IMG/VR virus record: IMGVR_UViG_3300037075_000004
Coordinates: 1 to 64,000 of that record
From: a virus
Lineage: Duplodnaviria > Caudoviricetes
Length of the DNA: 64,000 nt
Direction: 5' to 3' (one strand)
In this document: piece by piece, positions 54,312-62,474 of the stretch
Layout: every line of letters begins with the position of its first letter
Numbering within the stretch: position 1 is the stretch's first letter
Translations under genes and position numbers: made by a program
Notes under the pieces: model-generated
Databases searched by the model: none
Told to the model about the DNA's origin: nothing
What the model saw: the letters and a program-made list of their open reading frames with translations, nothing else

Positions 54312-55264
54312 TAAGTAGAGAAAAACTCGAAAAGATAGTAGCGGTATACTTATCAGAAGGTAAGGAATCAGCACTTAAGCAATTTAACCTGACAGACGAA
54401 ACCTTTAATCGCCACATGCGTGAGGCACGGAAGATTGGCATATCAACCACCGATAGGGGCAAGATAATATCACAGATAGTACAGAATTACACCGATAGGG
54501 AACTCGAAGCGATAGCCAAGGGCGGAAGAATAGTCCCTGGGTATGGTAAGGTACCAGTAGTATCTTTTGAGGGCGAGAGAATACGGGTGGGTGCAATGAC
54601 GGATACCCATATCGGCAGTATCCAGATGCCCCCCGAAAGAATGAACCAAGCCTTTGATGAGTTTAAGAAAGCCAAAGTAGATTTTGTCGTCCATGCGGGC
54701 GATGTGACGGAAGGCATGAGCAATCGACCCGGGCATATCTACGAACTAAGTGCTCTCGGTTACGACCAACAGAAGGCGCTCGCCATAGATATGTTTAAGC
54801 AATGGACAGATACTGATATCTACGCTATAGACGGCAACCATGACAGATGGTTTCTGAAGTCCAATGGAGCCAAGATAGTCAAGGATGTAGATGAGGCGAT
54901 ACCTAATTTCCACTTTATCGGACATGACGAAGGCAGTATATCTCTTAACGGCAAGGCTACCTTATGGCTCTGGCATGGCGAAGATGGCAACTCATACGCA
55001 TTATCCTATAGGTTACAGAAGATTCTCGAGTCCCTGACGGGCGGGGAGAAACCCAATGCCATGATAGCGGGTCACACCCACAAGTATGTGGATATATTTG
55101 AACGCCATGTATTCTGTACCAGCGTTGGCTGTATGCAGTCACAGACTCCATGGATGAGGTCTAAGCGCATAGCTGCTCATCCGGGCTTCGCAATCATAGA
55201 TTATTGGGTGAATGATAAGGGTATCTGTAAGATGACGCATACCTGGCACCCGTTCTATTCATAA
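54308..55264 (+). CDS. Calcineurin-like metallophosphoesterase with an N-terminal HTH-like region
   Basis: TDTH.G, HAGD..EG, IDGNHD, LWHG, AGHTH motifs. Confidence 0.9.
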   Translation: MISREKLEKIVAVYLSEGKESALKQFNLTDETFNRHMREARKIGISTTDRGKIISQIVQNYTDRELEAIAKGGRIVPGYGKVPVVSFEGERIRVGAMTDTHIGSIQMPPERMNQAFDEFKKAKVDFVVHAGDVTEGMSNRPGHIYELSALGYDQQKALAIDMFKQWTDTDIYAIDGNHDRWFLKSNGAKIVKDVDEAIPNFHFIGHDEGSISLNGKATLWLWHGEDGNSYALSYRLQKILESLTGGEKPNAMIAGHTHKYVDIFERHVFCTSVGCMQSQTPWMRSKRIAAHPGFAIIDYWVNDKGICKMTHTWHPFYS

Positions 55265-55269
55265 TAAAG

Positions 55270-55288
55270 AAGGCGCCTAGAGCGCCTT
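55270..55288. terminator. Hairpin between convergent genes
   Basis: AAGGCGC-CTAGA-GCGCCTT. Confidence 0.55.
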
Positions 55289-55566
55289 TAGTTTTCCCCG
55301 CTAACGAGAAGATCATCCGCTATCTCGTCTCCAAACATGATATCTTTAAACTCGTTATAGTTCATTGTTATCCTAAAGACATCTCCTGATACCAATCTTA
55401 TCATTGTCTCGTCTGATTTAGTATAGGGATGGAAGGCTACTACATGATTAGTATTTATAACTAACTCTTCGAGGGTGAGTTCTACTTTCTTTCCGCGGAT
55501 TTTCCAATCCTCATCTTCGGGATCATAACCTTCGGGATACCAGTATGCTTGTAGTTCGAGGAGCAT
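55288..55566 (-). CDS. Hypothetical protein
   Basis: 92 aa ATG ORF directly downstream of the tRNA-like gene. Confidence 0.55.
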   Translation of the reverse strand: MLLELQAYWYPEGYDPEDEDWKIRGKKVELTLEELVINTNHVVAFHPYTKSDETMIRLVSGDVFRITMNYNEFKDIMFGDEIADDLLVSGEN

Positions 55567-55583
55567 ATAGACAGTAACTTTTG

Positions 55584-55657
55584 TCGCGGCAGCGGGAGTC
55601 GAACCCGCTATCCCCAGATTAGTGTCTGAGATGATTAATCCGTTTCACTCTGCCACG
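55584..55657 (-). tRNA. tRNA-like gene with a non-canonical anticodon loop; isotype undetermined; no encoded CCA
   Basis: Acceptor CGTGGCA/TGCCGCG plus A73; D stem GTGA/TCAT; anticodon stem TCAGA/TCTGG with a 6-nt loop CACTAA; T arm GCGGG-TTCGACT-CCCGC. Confidence 0.75.
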
Positions 55658-56106
55658 GTTGTTTTGGGGGTGATATCTTTTTACACATTACATTGAAGTT
55701 GTCAATTATTCAAGTAAGAGGTAACCAGGTCTCATGGTGCGCTATACTCTTATCACTGAGTGGACGCTCACAGTAGACGCCTGCCTGTCCTTTAGCATCC
55801 CCAATATCATCATTTAAAGAACTCTCAAAACCCGGCAAGGTGACTATTGAAACTAATCCCAACTAAAGAACCTTTAACGAAATTACCCTGATTCACACTT
55901 GCCGGGCAAAACCTATAACTATGAAAACGAATGTAAAGGTAATACATATTTTTTACTTTTGCAAGTTTTAATGCCAAAATTTAAGTAAACATTAAAAATA
56001 CCTTAATTTAAGTACTGTGAGTACCTATAATAGAAAATATTTAATGAAATCTATTAGGAAATATGGAATATGTTTTTTACTTTTGCAGGTATTGATAAAA
56101 AATTGC

Positions 56107-56247
56107 TATCTTTGTATCAAGTAGTGATTAACGTATGAGACAATTAAAAACATAAGTTAACAAAATAGAGGCTCCCCTGGCGGATTCTCGTTCATACGAT
56201 AATCGCTACAGCGCCAGGGAGGTGCCTCGCTTTAACACTGTAGCGTT
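56107..56247 (+). promoter_or_regulatory. Promoter box plus structured leader of the replication-initiator-like gene
   Basis: TATCTTTG at 56107-56114; hairpin 56168-56228; its loop is complementary to 56132-56138 and to 56238-56245. Confidence 0.6.
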
Positions 56248-56559
56248 ATGGCTAAAGACCCAGCATTCTTATTTTACCCGGGGGATTGGAACCTTGGAAC
56301 AATGCACATGACTCTTATACAAAAGGGGGCATACATTGATTTGTTAATGCTTCAATTTGCGAGAGATAAATTTACTATAGCACATGCTCAGCATATGCTT
56401 AGTGGTAGCTTTGAGTTAGTATGGCCAATTTTGAAAGAAAAGTTTGAAACCGATGGTACTTTTTATTGGAATAAGAGGCTCAAAGAAGAGAAAGAAAAGC
56501 GGTCAAGGTTCACAGAATCAAGAAGAAACAATGCTCTCAAAGACAAAAAGAATATATGA
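56248..56559 (+). CDS. DUF1376/YdaU-like replication initiator N-terminal domain, apparently truncated
   Basis: MAKDPAFLFYPGDW...M....KGAYIDLL..Q...W.K....G...N.RL.EE...R..F..SRR.N. Confidence 0.7.
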   Translation: MAKDPAFLFYPGDWNLGTMHMTLIQKGAYIDLLMLQFARDKFTIAHAQHMLSGSFELVWPILKEKFETDGTFYWNKRLKEEKEKRSRFTESRRNNALKDKKNI

Positions 56560-56628
56560 GCATATGTTATAGCATATGCATGGGCATATGGAAAATGAAA
56601 ATGAAGATTATAAGGGGGTGAAATTATT

Positions 56629-56817
56629 ATGGATAATCTGAACGAAGACTTTGAGGAGGAATCCCGGCTAAGGGAACAAGAATTACTATCTTCTCCTATC
56701 AAATCTCTTAATTTTAAAGATATTTATAGAGTATTCTTAGAAACAGTTGAATATGGTAAGAAGGAAGACTTTGGGTGGCTTCAAAAATTAAAAGAATATG
56801 TCAAAAATGAACAATAA
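56629..56817 (+). CDS. Hypothetical protein
   Basis: 62 aa overlapping the start of the methyltransferase gene. Confidence 0.45.
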   Translation: MDNLNEDFEEESRLREQELLSSPIKSLNFKDIYRVFLETVEYGKKEDFGWLQKLKEYVKNEQ

Positions 56818-57931
56818 GATAGTTTTATTAGACCTCTTTAGCGGGATTGGCGGATTCTCTCTGGGCTTGGAACAGGCGGGATTTAAAATTACCAGACACT
56901 ACTATTCAGAAATTGACAAACACGCTATAGCAATCTATAAATATCAATTTAAAAACTCAACTTATGCCGGATCAGTTACAGATTTGGACGGAAGAACAAT
57001 TACCCGACCAAACATTATCACTTTCGGATCGCCTTGCCAAGATTTCAGCGTGGCTGGAAAACGAGCAGGGTTGGAAGGACAAAGAAGTAGTCTTATCGGG
57101 CAAGCCATACGACTTATTACCGAGTGCAAACCTAACCTTTTTATCTGGGAAAATGTTAAAGGAGTCTTTTCCTCAAACTCTGGCGAGGACTTTTGGGCAG
57201 TTATCCAAGCCCTTGCCAACATTGGGGGTTATAGACTTGAGTGGCAACTGCTTAATACAGCATGGTTTCTACCCCAAAATAGAGAGCGGATATACCTTAT
57301 CGGACATCTTGCAGAATCCAAGCGAGGTTTCGGACAAGTATTTCCTTTCATCGAATGTAGTGGAGCGAATGATGGAAATACAAATACATTAACGGGTGTT
57401 CAAAAGGATAATCTCATAGTGTGTGATTGGCGTGATGATGAGGGATTACGGATAAGGGATGATGGTAATTCACCCACAATAAACGCCAGAGCAAGAGAAG
57501 ATAAATATGGAGTACCTATGGTTATTAGCCATTATGGTCACAAAAATAAAGACCCGCAAGAGTCTGAAATATCTCCTACTCTTAAAGCTAATAGTCACGG
57601 ACACGAACCAATGACTGTGCATAATATGTTACCACAAAGTGGCAATCCCAGAGACGGAGGAACTGGGCATTTAACCAAAAATGATGGAACAACATACTGT
57701 CTTGATACTGGTAATACCAATGGGATAGAACAAAATAGACGTATCCGCAGACTAACTCCCATAGAATGTGAAAGATTACAAGGGTTTCCAGATGGATGGA
57801 CTGAATATGGAAATTATGATGGTGTTGTTAAAAAAGTTGCCAACACACAACGGTACAAGACTCTGGGTAATGCGATAACGGTTAGGGTAATGGAGGAAAT
57901 AGGCAAAAAACTATTGAACCTCCTAAAGTAA
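56798..57931 (+). CDS. dcm: C5-cytosine DNA methyltransferase
   Basis: DLFSGIGG (I), GSPCQDFS.AG (IV), WENVKG (VI), QNRERIY (VIII), LTPIECERLQGF (IX), YK.LGNA (X). Confidence 0.95.
   Translation: MSKMNNKIVLLDLFSGIGGFSLGLEQAGFKITRHYYSEIDKHAIAIYKYQFKNSTYAGSVTDLDGRTITRPNIITFGSPCQDFSVAGKRAGLEGQRSSLIGQAIRLITECKPNLFIWENVKGVFSSNSGEDFWAVIQALANIGGYRLEWQLLNTAWFLPQNRERIYLIGHLAESKRGFGQVFPFIECSGANDGNTNTLTGVQKDNLIVCDWRDDEGLRIRDDGNSPTINARAREDKYGVPMVISHYGHKNKDPQESEISPTLKANSHGHEPMTVHNMLPQSGNPRDGGTGHLTKNDGTTYCLDTGNTNGIEQNRRIRRLTPIECERLQGFPDGWTEYGNYDGVVKKVANTQRYKTLGNAITVRVMEEIGKKLLNLLK
56964..57392 (+). CDS. Nested alternative-frame ORF, putative beta polypeptide of the methyltransferase
   Basis: 142 aa, ATG start, fully inside dcm in another frame; ends with TLSDILQNPSEVSDKYFLSS, a segment normally found after motif VIII and missing from the main frame. 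Confidence 0.65.
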   Translation: MPDQLQIWTEEQLPDQTLSLSDRLAKISAWLENEQGWKDKEVVLSGKPYDLLPSANLTFLSGKMLKESFPQTLARTFGQLSKPLPTLGVIDLSGNCLIQHGFYPKIESGYTLSDILQNPSEVSDKYFLSSNVVERMMEIQIH

Positions 57932-58001
57932 ATATTTTCCCCTAAAAACTTGTTTTTCTCAATAATAGATTATATATTTGTCAAAATAACTTTAGTGGGC
58001 G

Positions 58002-58292
58002 ATGAAAAAGATAACAAAGAAACAGATCAGACAAATTAAGTGGGGCAATCATGCCGTGCTAATGGAATGTATAACCTTCCTATTGGACTCTTTTAACGAA
58101 GATATGTTCGGGGAGGGATATAAGAGTTGCCTGTCGGATATGAGCGTTCAAAGTCAACGTCTCGCAGGGTATATAATAAAACATACATCACAAACTTCTA
58201 AAGATAAAGAAAAACCCATTAAATTTTTTTATACCCCAGAAAACCTACAAGAGTTAATAGAAGAATATTTCAGAGAGGCATTAAATGAATAA
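58002..58292 (+). CDS. Hypothetical protein
   Basis: 96 aa with a TATATTTG box at 57973-57980. Confidence 0.55.
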   Translation: MKKITKKQIRQIKWGNHAVLMECITFLLDSFNEDMFGEGYKSCLSDMSVQSQRLAGYIIKHTSQTSKDKEKPIKFFYTPENLQELIEEYFREALNE

Positions 58293-58737
58293 CCAATCTA
58301 CCATTACTGGCACTATCTTCGCCATAAACCGCAGGGAGGTGCCGGACAAGAAGAATAAGAACAATGGCAAGCCGTGGTTGTTTACGAGCATAATAATCGA
58401 GACCGATCACCCAAACCGCCAGAGCAAGACCTTTCCTGAGTTTGAACTGGGTACTAAGGCCACGCCCGATGACTACGCGGTAGGCGACCAGGTAGAGATC
58501 ACTTATTATTTGGAAGGGGAAGAGAGGAGCTGGGACGGCAAGGACGGGCAAAAGCAGACTAAAAACTTTACCAAGATAAAGGCTATGTACATAAAACATC
58601 CCGATACTAATACCATCAGCGAGGTAGGTAATGACACGGCAACAGACAAGAGGAGAAAAGCGAAGGCCGACCAGAGTTATTCTAATCCCCTTCTTGACGG
58701 TATAGGAGAGGAAGAGGGAGGGGATGCACCTTTTTAA
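58285..58737 (+). CDS. DUF3127-like single-stranded DNA-binding protein
   Basis: ITG.I...W.....IIET...FEL...VGDQVEITYYLEG.E..W.G...NFT.IKA; acidic tail ending DAPF. Confidence 0.75.
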   Translation: MNNQSTITGTIFAINRREVPDKKNKNNGKPWLFTSIIIETDHPNRQSKTFPEFELGTKATPDDYAVGDQVEITYYLEGEERSWDGKDGQKQTKNFTKIKAMYIKHPDTNTISEVGNDTATDKRRKAKADQSYSNPLLDGIGEEEGGDAPF

Positions 58738-58978
58738 ACCACTAAACATGAGAATGGATATAACAATACAAGGCAGGCAGTCGGATATGAGGTGGGGTGA
58801 CCAACAGCGCACCCGCAGGTGCCTCAGCGTCCTCCGCGCCATAGGCTTCGATATCAACTTAAATTTCACAGGGGTATCCGAAGATGACGACTCCGACTTT
58901 ACGCGCCCCGCACTCGATGGTGAGTGCCCCATAACCGGTCGTAAACGCCAACCTGCCGGCTATTCTCTGCCCCGATAA
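58724..58978 (+). CDS. Hypothetical protein
   Basis: 84 aa overlapping the SSB stop and ending in a terminator hairpin. Confidence 0.4.
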   Translation: MHLFKPLNMRMDITIQGRQSDMRWGDQQRTRRCLSVLRAIGFDINLNFTGVSEDDDSDFTRPALDGECPITGRKRQPAGYSLPR

Positions 58979-58989
58979 GGGGCTTTTTT
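58969..58989 (+). terminator. Rho-independent terminator
   Basis: GCCCC-GATAA-GGGGC-TTTTTT. Confidence 0.75.
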
Positions 58990-59883
58990 ATTGTGGATTG
59001 CTATTTTTTTGCTCTATCCGCCCGTGTTTTCCCGCCTTTTGAGGCATTTTCCACTAAACCTATGCGAAAATATTGCTATTTATAAGGTAATCTCCTCCCA
59101 AATATACAATAAGCACTAATCCTTATATATGCCAAATTTGCCACCAAAGATGCGATTTAAGACATTATGGTATTTAGGTGATGAATACCACCACAAACAA
59201 AAGATCGTGTCTGAAATCGCTTAATTATGCCCCCGAACGGGATATAATACATATGGGGTGATATGAAACAAAAAGATATGCTGAGGGTGAACGATAATAT
59301 TATGGGGCTATCGTTTATTTTCCCGGTCTTTTTTGTCGGACCCCGTACCCTGTCAAAAGAATTCTTTTTGATCCCTGGAACATAAAAAACAATGTATTTT
59401 GGCCTGTATGATCTAATAAAACAACAACACAAAGCGCTGATTTGCAGGGGTGTAAATACAATTTCATATAATAGGTTAACATAATAAATGTTATAAGCAA
59501 ACAAACTAATTGATTAGTTAAATGGTTTATTGTTAGCTTGTATTGTGCCTGGTTCGCGGGCTGCATGAGGGACAAAAACAGAAGCGAGTTAAAAAAACGA
59601 CTAGCATAACATAATTCTATTTCATCTAGCATAAGCCAATACAATCTAATAATATCAATCAATCTGCATTAATGTACTCTAATTGCCTTATTTGGCCGTT
59701 TGGTTGCGTTCTGCTGGATGATCCTGGCAATAATAGTATTATTCTATCATTTATATATAGTAAGAGATTATAGGGTTTAGGAATAACTTTAGCGGGTTTT
59801 ATGGTTTATATCAATGATTTGAGTGACATATATCACTTTTTTTCTTCTTTCTTGTCAATTTGGTGAAAACAGTTGTTAAAATA

Positions 59884-59916
59884 TTTGTTTTAGCCGGTTT
59901 GAGTGTTGTATATTTG
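59884..59916 (+). promoter_or_regulatory. Bacteroidota-type promoter heading the early-type gene array
   Basis: TTTG (59884-59887), 21 nt, TATATTTG (59909-59916). Confidence 0.75.
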
Positions 59917-59944
59917 CTTCATAAACCAATTAAATGACAAACCA

Positions 59945-60046
59945 ATGAGAACACAGAGAACCAGTAAAGGATTTGCAGTACTAATTACTATTTATTTAGC
60001 TATTAGTGTGCTATATGTGATAATCAGTACTTTAGGCGGTTTTTGA
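59945..60046 (+). CDS. 33 aa single-pass membrane peptide
   Basis: MRTQRTSKGFAVLITIYLAISVLYVIISTLGGF*; first ORF after the promoter. Confidence 0.45.
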   Translation: MRTQRTSKGFAVLITIYLAISVLYVIISTLGGF

Positions 60047-60071
60047 GTATTAACTATAAAAAATTAAGAAA

Positions 60072-60281
60072 ATGAAAAGATTTATTATTCATGCAGATCA
60101 GAAATTTGCAGTTTGGCAGGCAAATATATTTATTATTGATGCCGAAAACAAAGAGGACGCAATAAACAAACTTAAGGGAAACCCTTCTGAATATTGCGTT
60201 GATACTGAATCCCTGGTTAATACCGAGGAGTTTATCGAAACGGATTTTAAAGAAAATTTTGAAATTGAGGAAGAAAAATAA
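60072..60281 (+). CDS. Hypothetical acidic protein
   Basis: 69 aa; DAENKEDA motif; A-rich start context. Confidence 0.55.
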   Translation: MKRFIIHADQKFAVWQANIFIIDAENKEDAINKLKGNPSEYCVDTESLVNTEEFIETDFKENFEIEEEK

Positions 60282-60351
60282 AATCCGTTATATTTTTCTG
60301 AGGCTTGTGACTGTAACAAATAATAACACAAACCATTTAATAAATAAACCG

Positions 60352-60684
60352 ATGAAAACAATTAAAATTAAAACTATTGATGTGACCGCTTATGACTGGT
60401 TTGACAAAGTTAACGGTAATTCTTACTTTGCCGGAACAGTCTGTATTAATTTTGGCATGAAAAACCAAGTTAATTTAACCATGCCTTTTCAATATGGTTA
60501 CGGTTCGCATTATGAAACGAAAGCGATGAATACCTTAATTAAAGAAGGATTTATTAAAGACGCAGAATCTTATAACTCTGGCGGGGCTGAATCCTTGTGG
60601 CGCTATTGCGAACGCAAAGCAATAATTTACCGGCACGCAAAACACGAGAATTGCAGGCAAAGAGATTTAAAGGCAATTAAATAA
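60352..60684 (+). CDS. Conserved phage hypothetical protein
   Basis: Start moved to ATG 60352; WFDKVNGNSYF...PFQYGYG..Y. Confidence 0.65.
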   Translation: MKTIKIKTIDVTAYDWFDKVNGNSYFAGTVCINFGMKNQVNLTMPFQYGYGSHYETKAMNTLIKEGFIKDAESYNSGGAESLWRYCERKAIIYRHAKHENCRQRDLKAIK

Positions 60685-60864
60685 TATTGGTTTGTTTTTA
60701 TGGTTTGTTTTTTCTTTAGCGGGCTTGCAATATAACCCGCTAAAGATTAACAAATTAACTTAAAATCTTAATACTATGTTACCATATATTTTAATATTAT
60801 TTTGTTTCACTTGTTTAGTGATGATAATTTTACCAGTTATTAAACCTTTTAATAAGACAAAACT

Positions 60865-61233
60865 ATGAAAACAGAATTTAAACACACAAAAGGAGAATGG
60901 AAAGTATTTATGGGTAACTATGGGACGTTTTGTTCTATTAATACCAGTACAACGTGTCGGGTTGCTGAAATACATGTACCTAAGAATATAAATGATAAAC
61001 ACTCTGGCCGGGCACCAATAAGCGAGGCAAGTGCAAACGCTTATTTAATAGCAGCCGCACCCGATCTATTAAATGCCTTAGATAATTTTATAGAGGCAAT
61101 AGACGCAATAACCGGCAAAGAGGGGAGAAAATACATGGAAAGGGGACGACTAGCCGCCTATGATAGCCTAAAGGCAAGTTTAACCTATAAGGTGGGTTTG
61201 AATGCAATAAATAAGGCACTAAACCTAAAATAA
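60865..61233 (+). CDS. Conserved phage hypothetical protein (HT.G.W...ANA.LIAAAPDLL family)
   Basis: HTKGEWKV...ANAYLIAAAPDLLNAL. Confidence 0.7.
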   Translation: MKTEFKHTKGEWKVFMGNYGTFCSINTSTTCRVAEIHVPKNINDKHSGRAPISEASANAYLIAAAPDLLNALDNFIEAIDAITGKEGRKYMERGRLAAYDSLKASLTYKVGLNAINKALNLK

Positions 61234-61352
61234 AGCGTTTTAAGACATTATTGCCCGCTAGAGCTATAAACTACTAGCTAGTATATAAAACTGTCTTAAA
61301 TCGAATAAAAAGGGCATTTCAGACCGTATTATTCACTAATATTGATATTACT

Positions 61353-61526
61353 ATGAAATATTCAAAACAATTCCGGCAAAAGTTTATAGATAAAGCCAAT
61401 CCTGATATAATAATAGAAATAAATGAAGAAAATATGTTAGGGTTAAATATTAGCTTTAGCAGGTTTTACAGACTATACCAGGAAAAACACCGGCTAAAGT
61501 ATGGGAAAGAACTAACTGCCGATTAA
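61353..61526 (+). CDS. Hypothetical 57 aa protein (below the ORF-track cutoff)
   Basis: MKYSKQFRQKFIDKANPDII...KELTAD*. Confidence 0.4.
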   Translation: MKYSKQFRQKFIDKANPDIIIEINEENMLGLNISFSRFYRLYQEKHRLKYGKELTAD

Positions 61527-61582
61527 AAAGCAGAATATCGAGACTAAAAAGTAAATATTTATTAACTTAAAAAACAAAGAAA

Positions 61583-61765
61583 ATGAAGACAAAAACTGTA
61601 ACAAAAACCGGATGGTGGACATTAAGTTGGAATCCGACAAGTGACCCCGAAATAACAGAACTAGATGAGTGCACCCTTGAGCATATTGTGGAATGCATCA
61701 AACAGGGCTATAATAATGGCGAAATAATACAAGAAGAAACCATTTACGTGGAGTGTAATTCATAA
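61583..61765 (+). CDS. Hypothetical protein
   Basis: 60 aa; A-rich start context. Confidence 0.55.
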   Translation: MKTKTVTKTGWWTLSWNPTSDPEITELDECTLEHIVECIKQGYNNGEIIQEETIYVECNS

Positions 61766-61949
61766 AAGCCCGCTAAAGACTAAAAAGTAAACTCAAAAAC
61801 TTAATTACGAAAACACAACTTTGTTCATTAGAAAAGAATTGCAGACTTGCAACAATATGTTACATAATCTTATGTATTATAGGGTTAGTACTTTTGCGGG
61901 TGTGCTAGATTAAAAAGCATTTTATTATTAACCTATAAATTATGAAATT

Positions 61950-62165
61950 ATGAAAACAATCGTGGCATTGTGCCTATACTTCGCAGGGAAACAATTTGCA
62001 GTATCGGAATTTATTGATGAGGACACCATCACGGCCGGATATGGCAAATTGTCTGGTATTGGTGTGTTTAAATATCCACTCCCTCGGTGGGTAATTAAAA
62101 AACACTATCATACTACTTCCTGGGATACATATATGCACGACTATTTTATGGGCGATACCCACTAA
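61950..62165 (+). CDS. Hypothetical protein
   Basis: 71 aa ATG ORF in the plus-strand array. Confidence 0.5.
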   Translation: MKTIVALCLYFAGKQFAVSEFIDEDTITAGYGKLSGIGVFKYPLPRWVIKKHYHTTSWDTYMHDYFMGDTH

Positions 62166-62207
62166 AGTATAAATTCTATCTTTGTAACTATTCTAAATAA
62201 GAATAAT

Positions 62208-62474
62208 ATGAAAAAAGACTTTTTAGCATATATGGCATTCTTTATGGCTCTAGCGGGGAATGGTATTAGTCCGTTTAGCTTAAGCAAAAAAGAAGAGTAT
62301 CAACACTTGACCGATGATGAAAAACGGGATTTGGAGGAACGGGTAATGGAAAAATACAAAAAAGTGATGATTAAAAAGGGCTTATCTGAATTTACTATTG
62401 ATGGCATTACCGTACTAGCCTTAAACAGAAAAAACGCCCAAAGAAAAATTGATAAACTAAAATTAAGATTATGA
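62208..62474 (+). CDS. Hypothetical protein
   Basis: 88 aa with a TATCTTTG box at 62177-62184; ...I.ALN.KNA.RK. Confidence 0.6.
   Translation: MKKDFLAYMAFFMALAGNGISPFSLSKKEEYQHLTDDEKRDLEERVMEKYKKVMIKKGLSEFTIDGITVLALNRKNAQRKIDKLKLRL

Noticed and set aside
55584-55657. Amber suppressor tRNA and stop-codon reassignment
   Set aside because: The loop is 6 nt without U33; long genes are intact under the standard code, and TAG ends groES and the 19263 gene at natural positions.
55500-55802. tmRNA (GGGGATG at 55802-55796) or a tRNA-associated theta ribozyme
   Set aside because: No TTCGAC after the GGGG, no matching 3' acceptor strand, and the DNA 3' of the tRNA runs straight into a CDS with no HDV-like fold.
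59157-59662. Two 115 aa minus-strand ORFs
   Set aside because: Non-ATG starts, low-complexity hydrophobic composition from AT-rich DNA, mutual overlap, and no supporting signals.
60714-60745. Rho-independent terminator
   Set aside because: No U-tract 3' of the hairpin on either strand.
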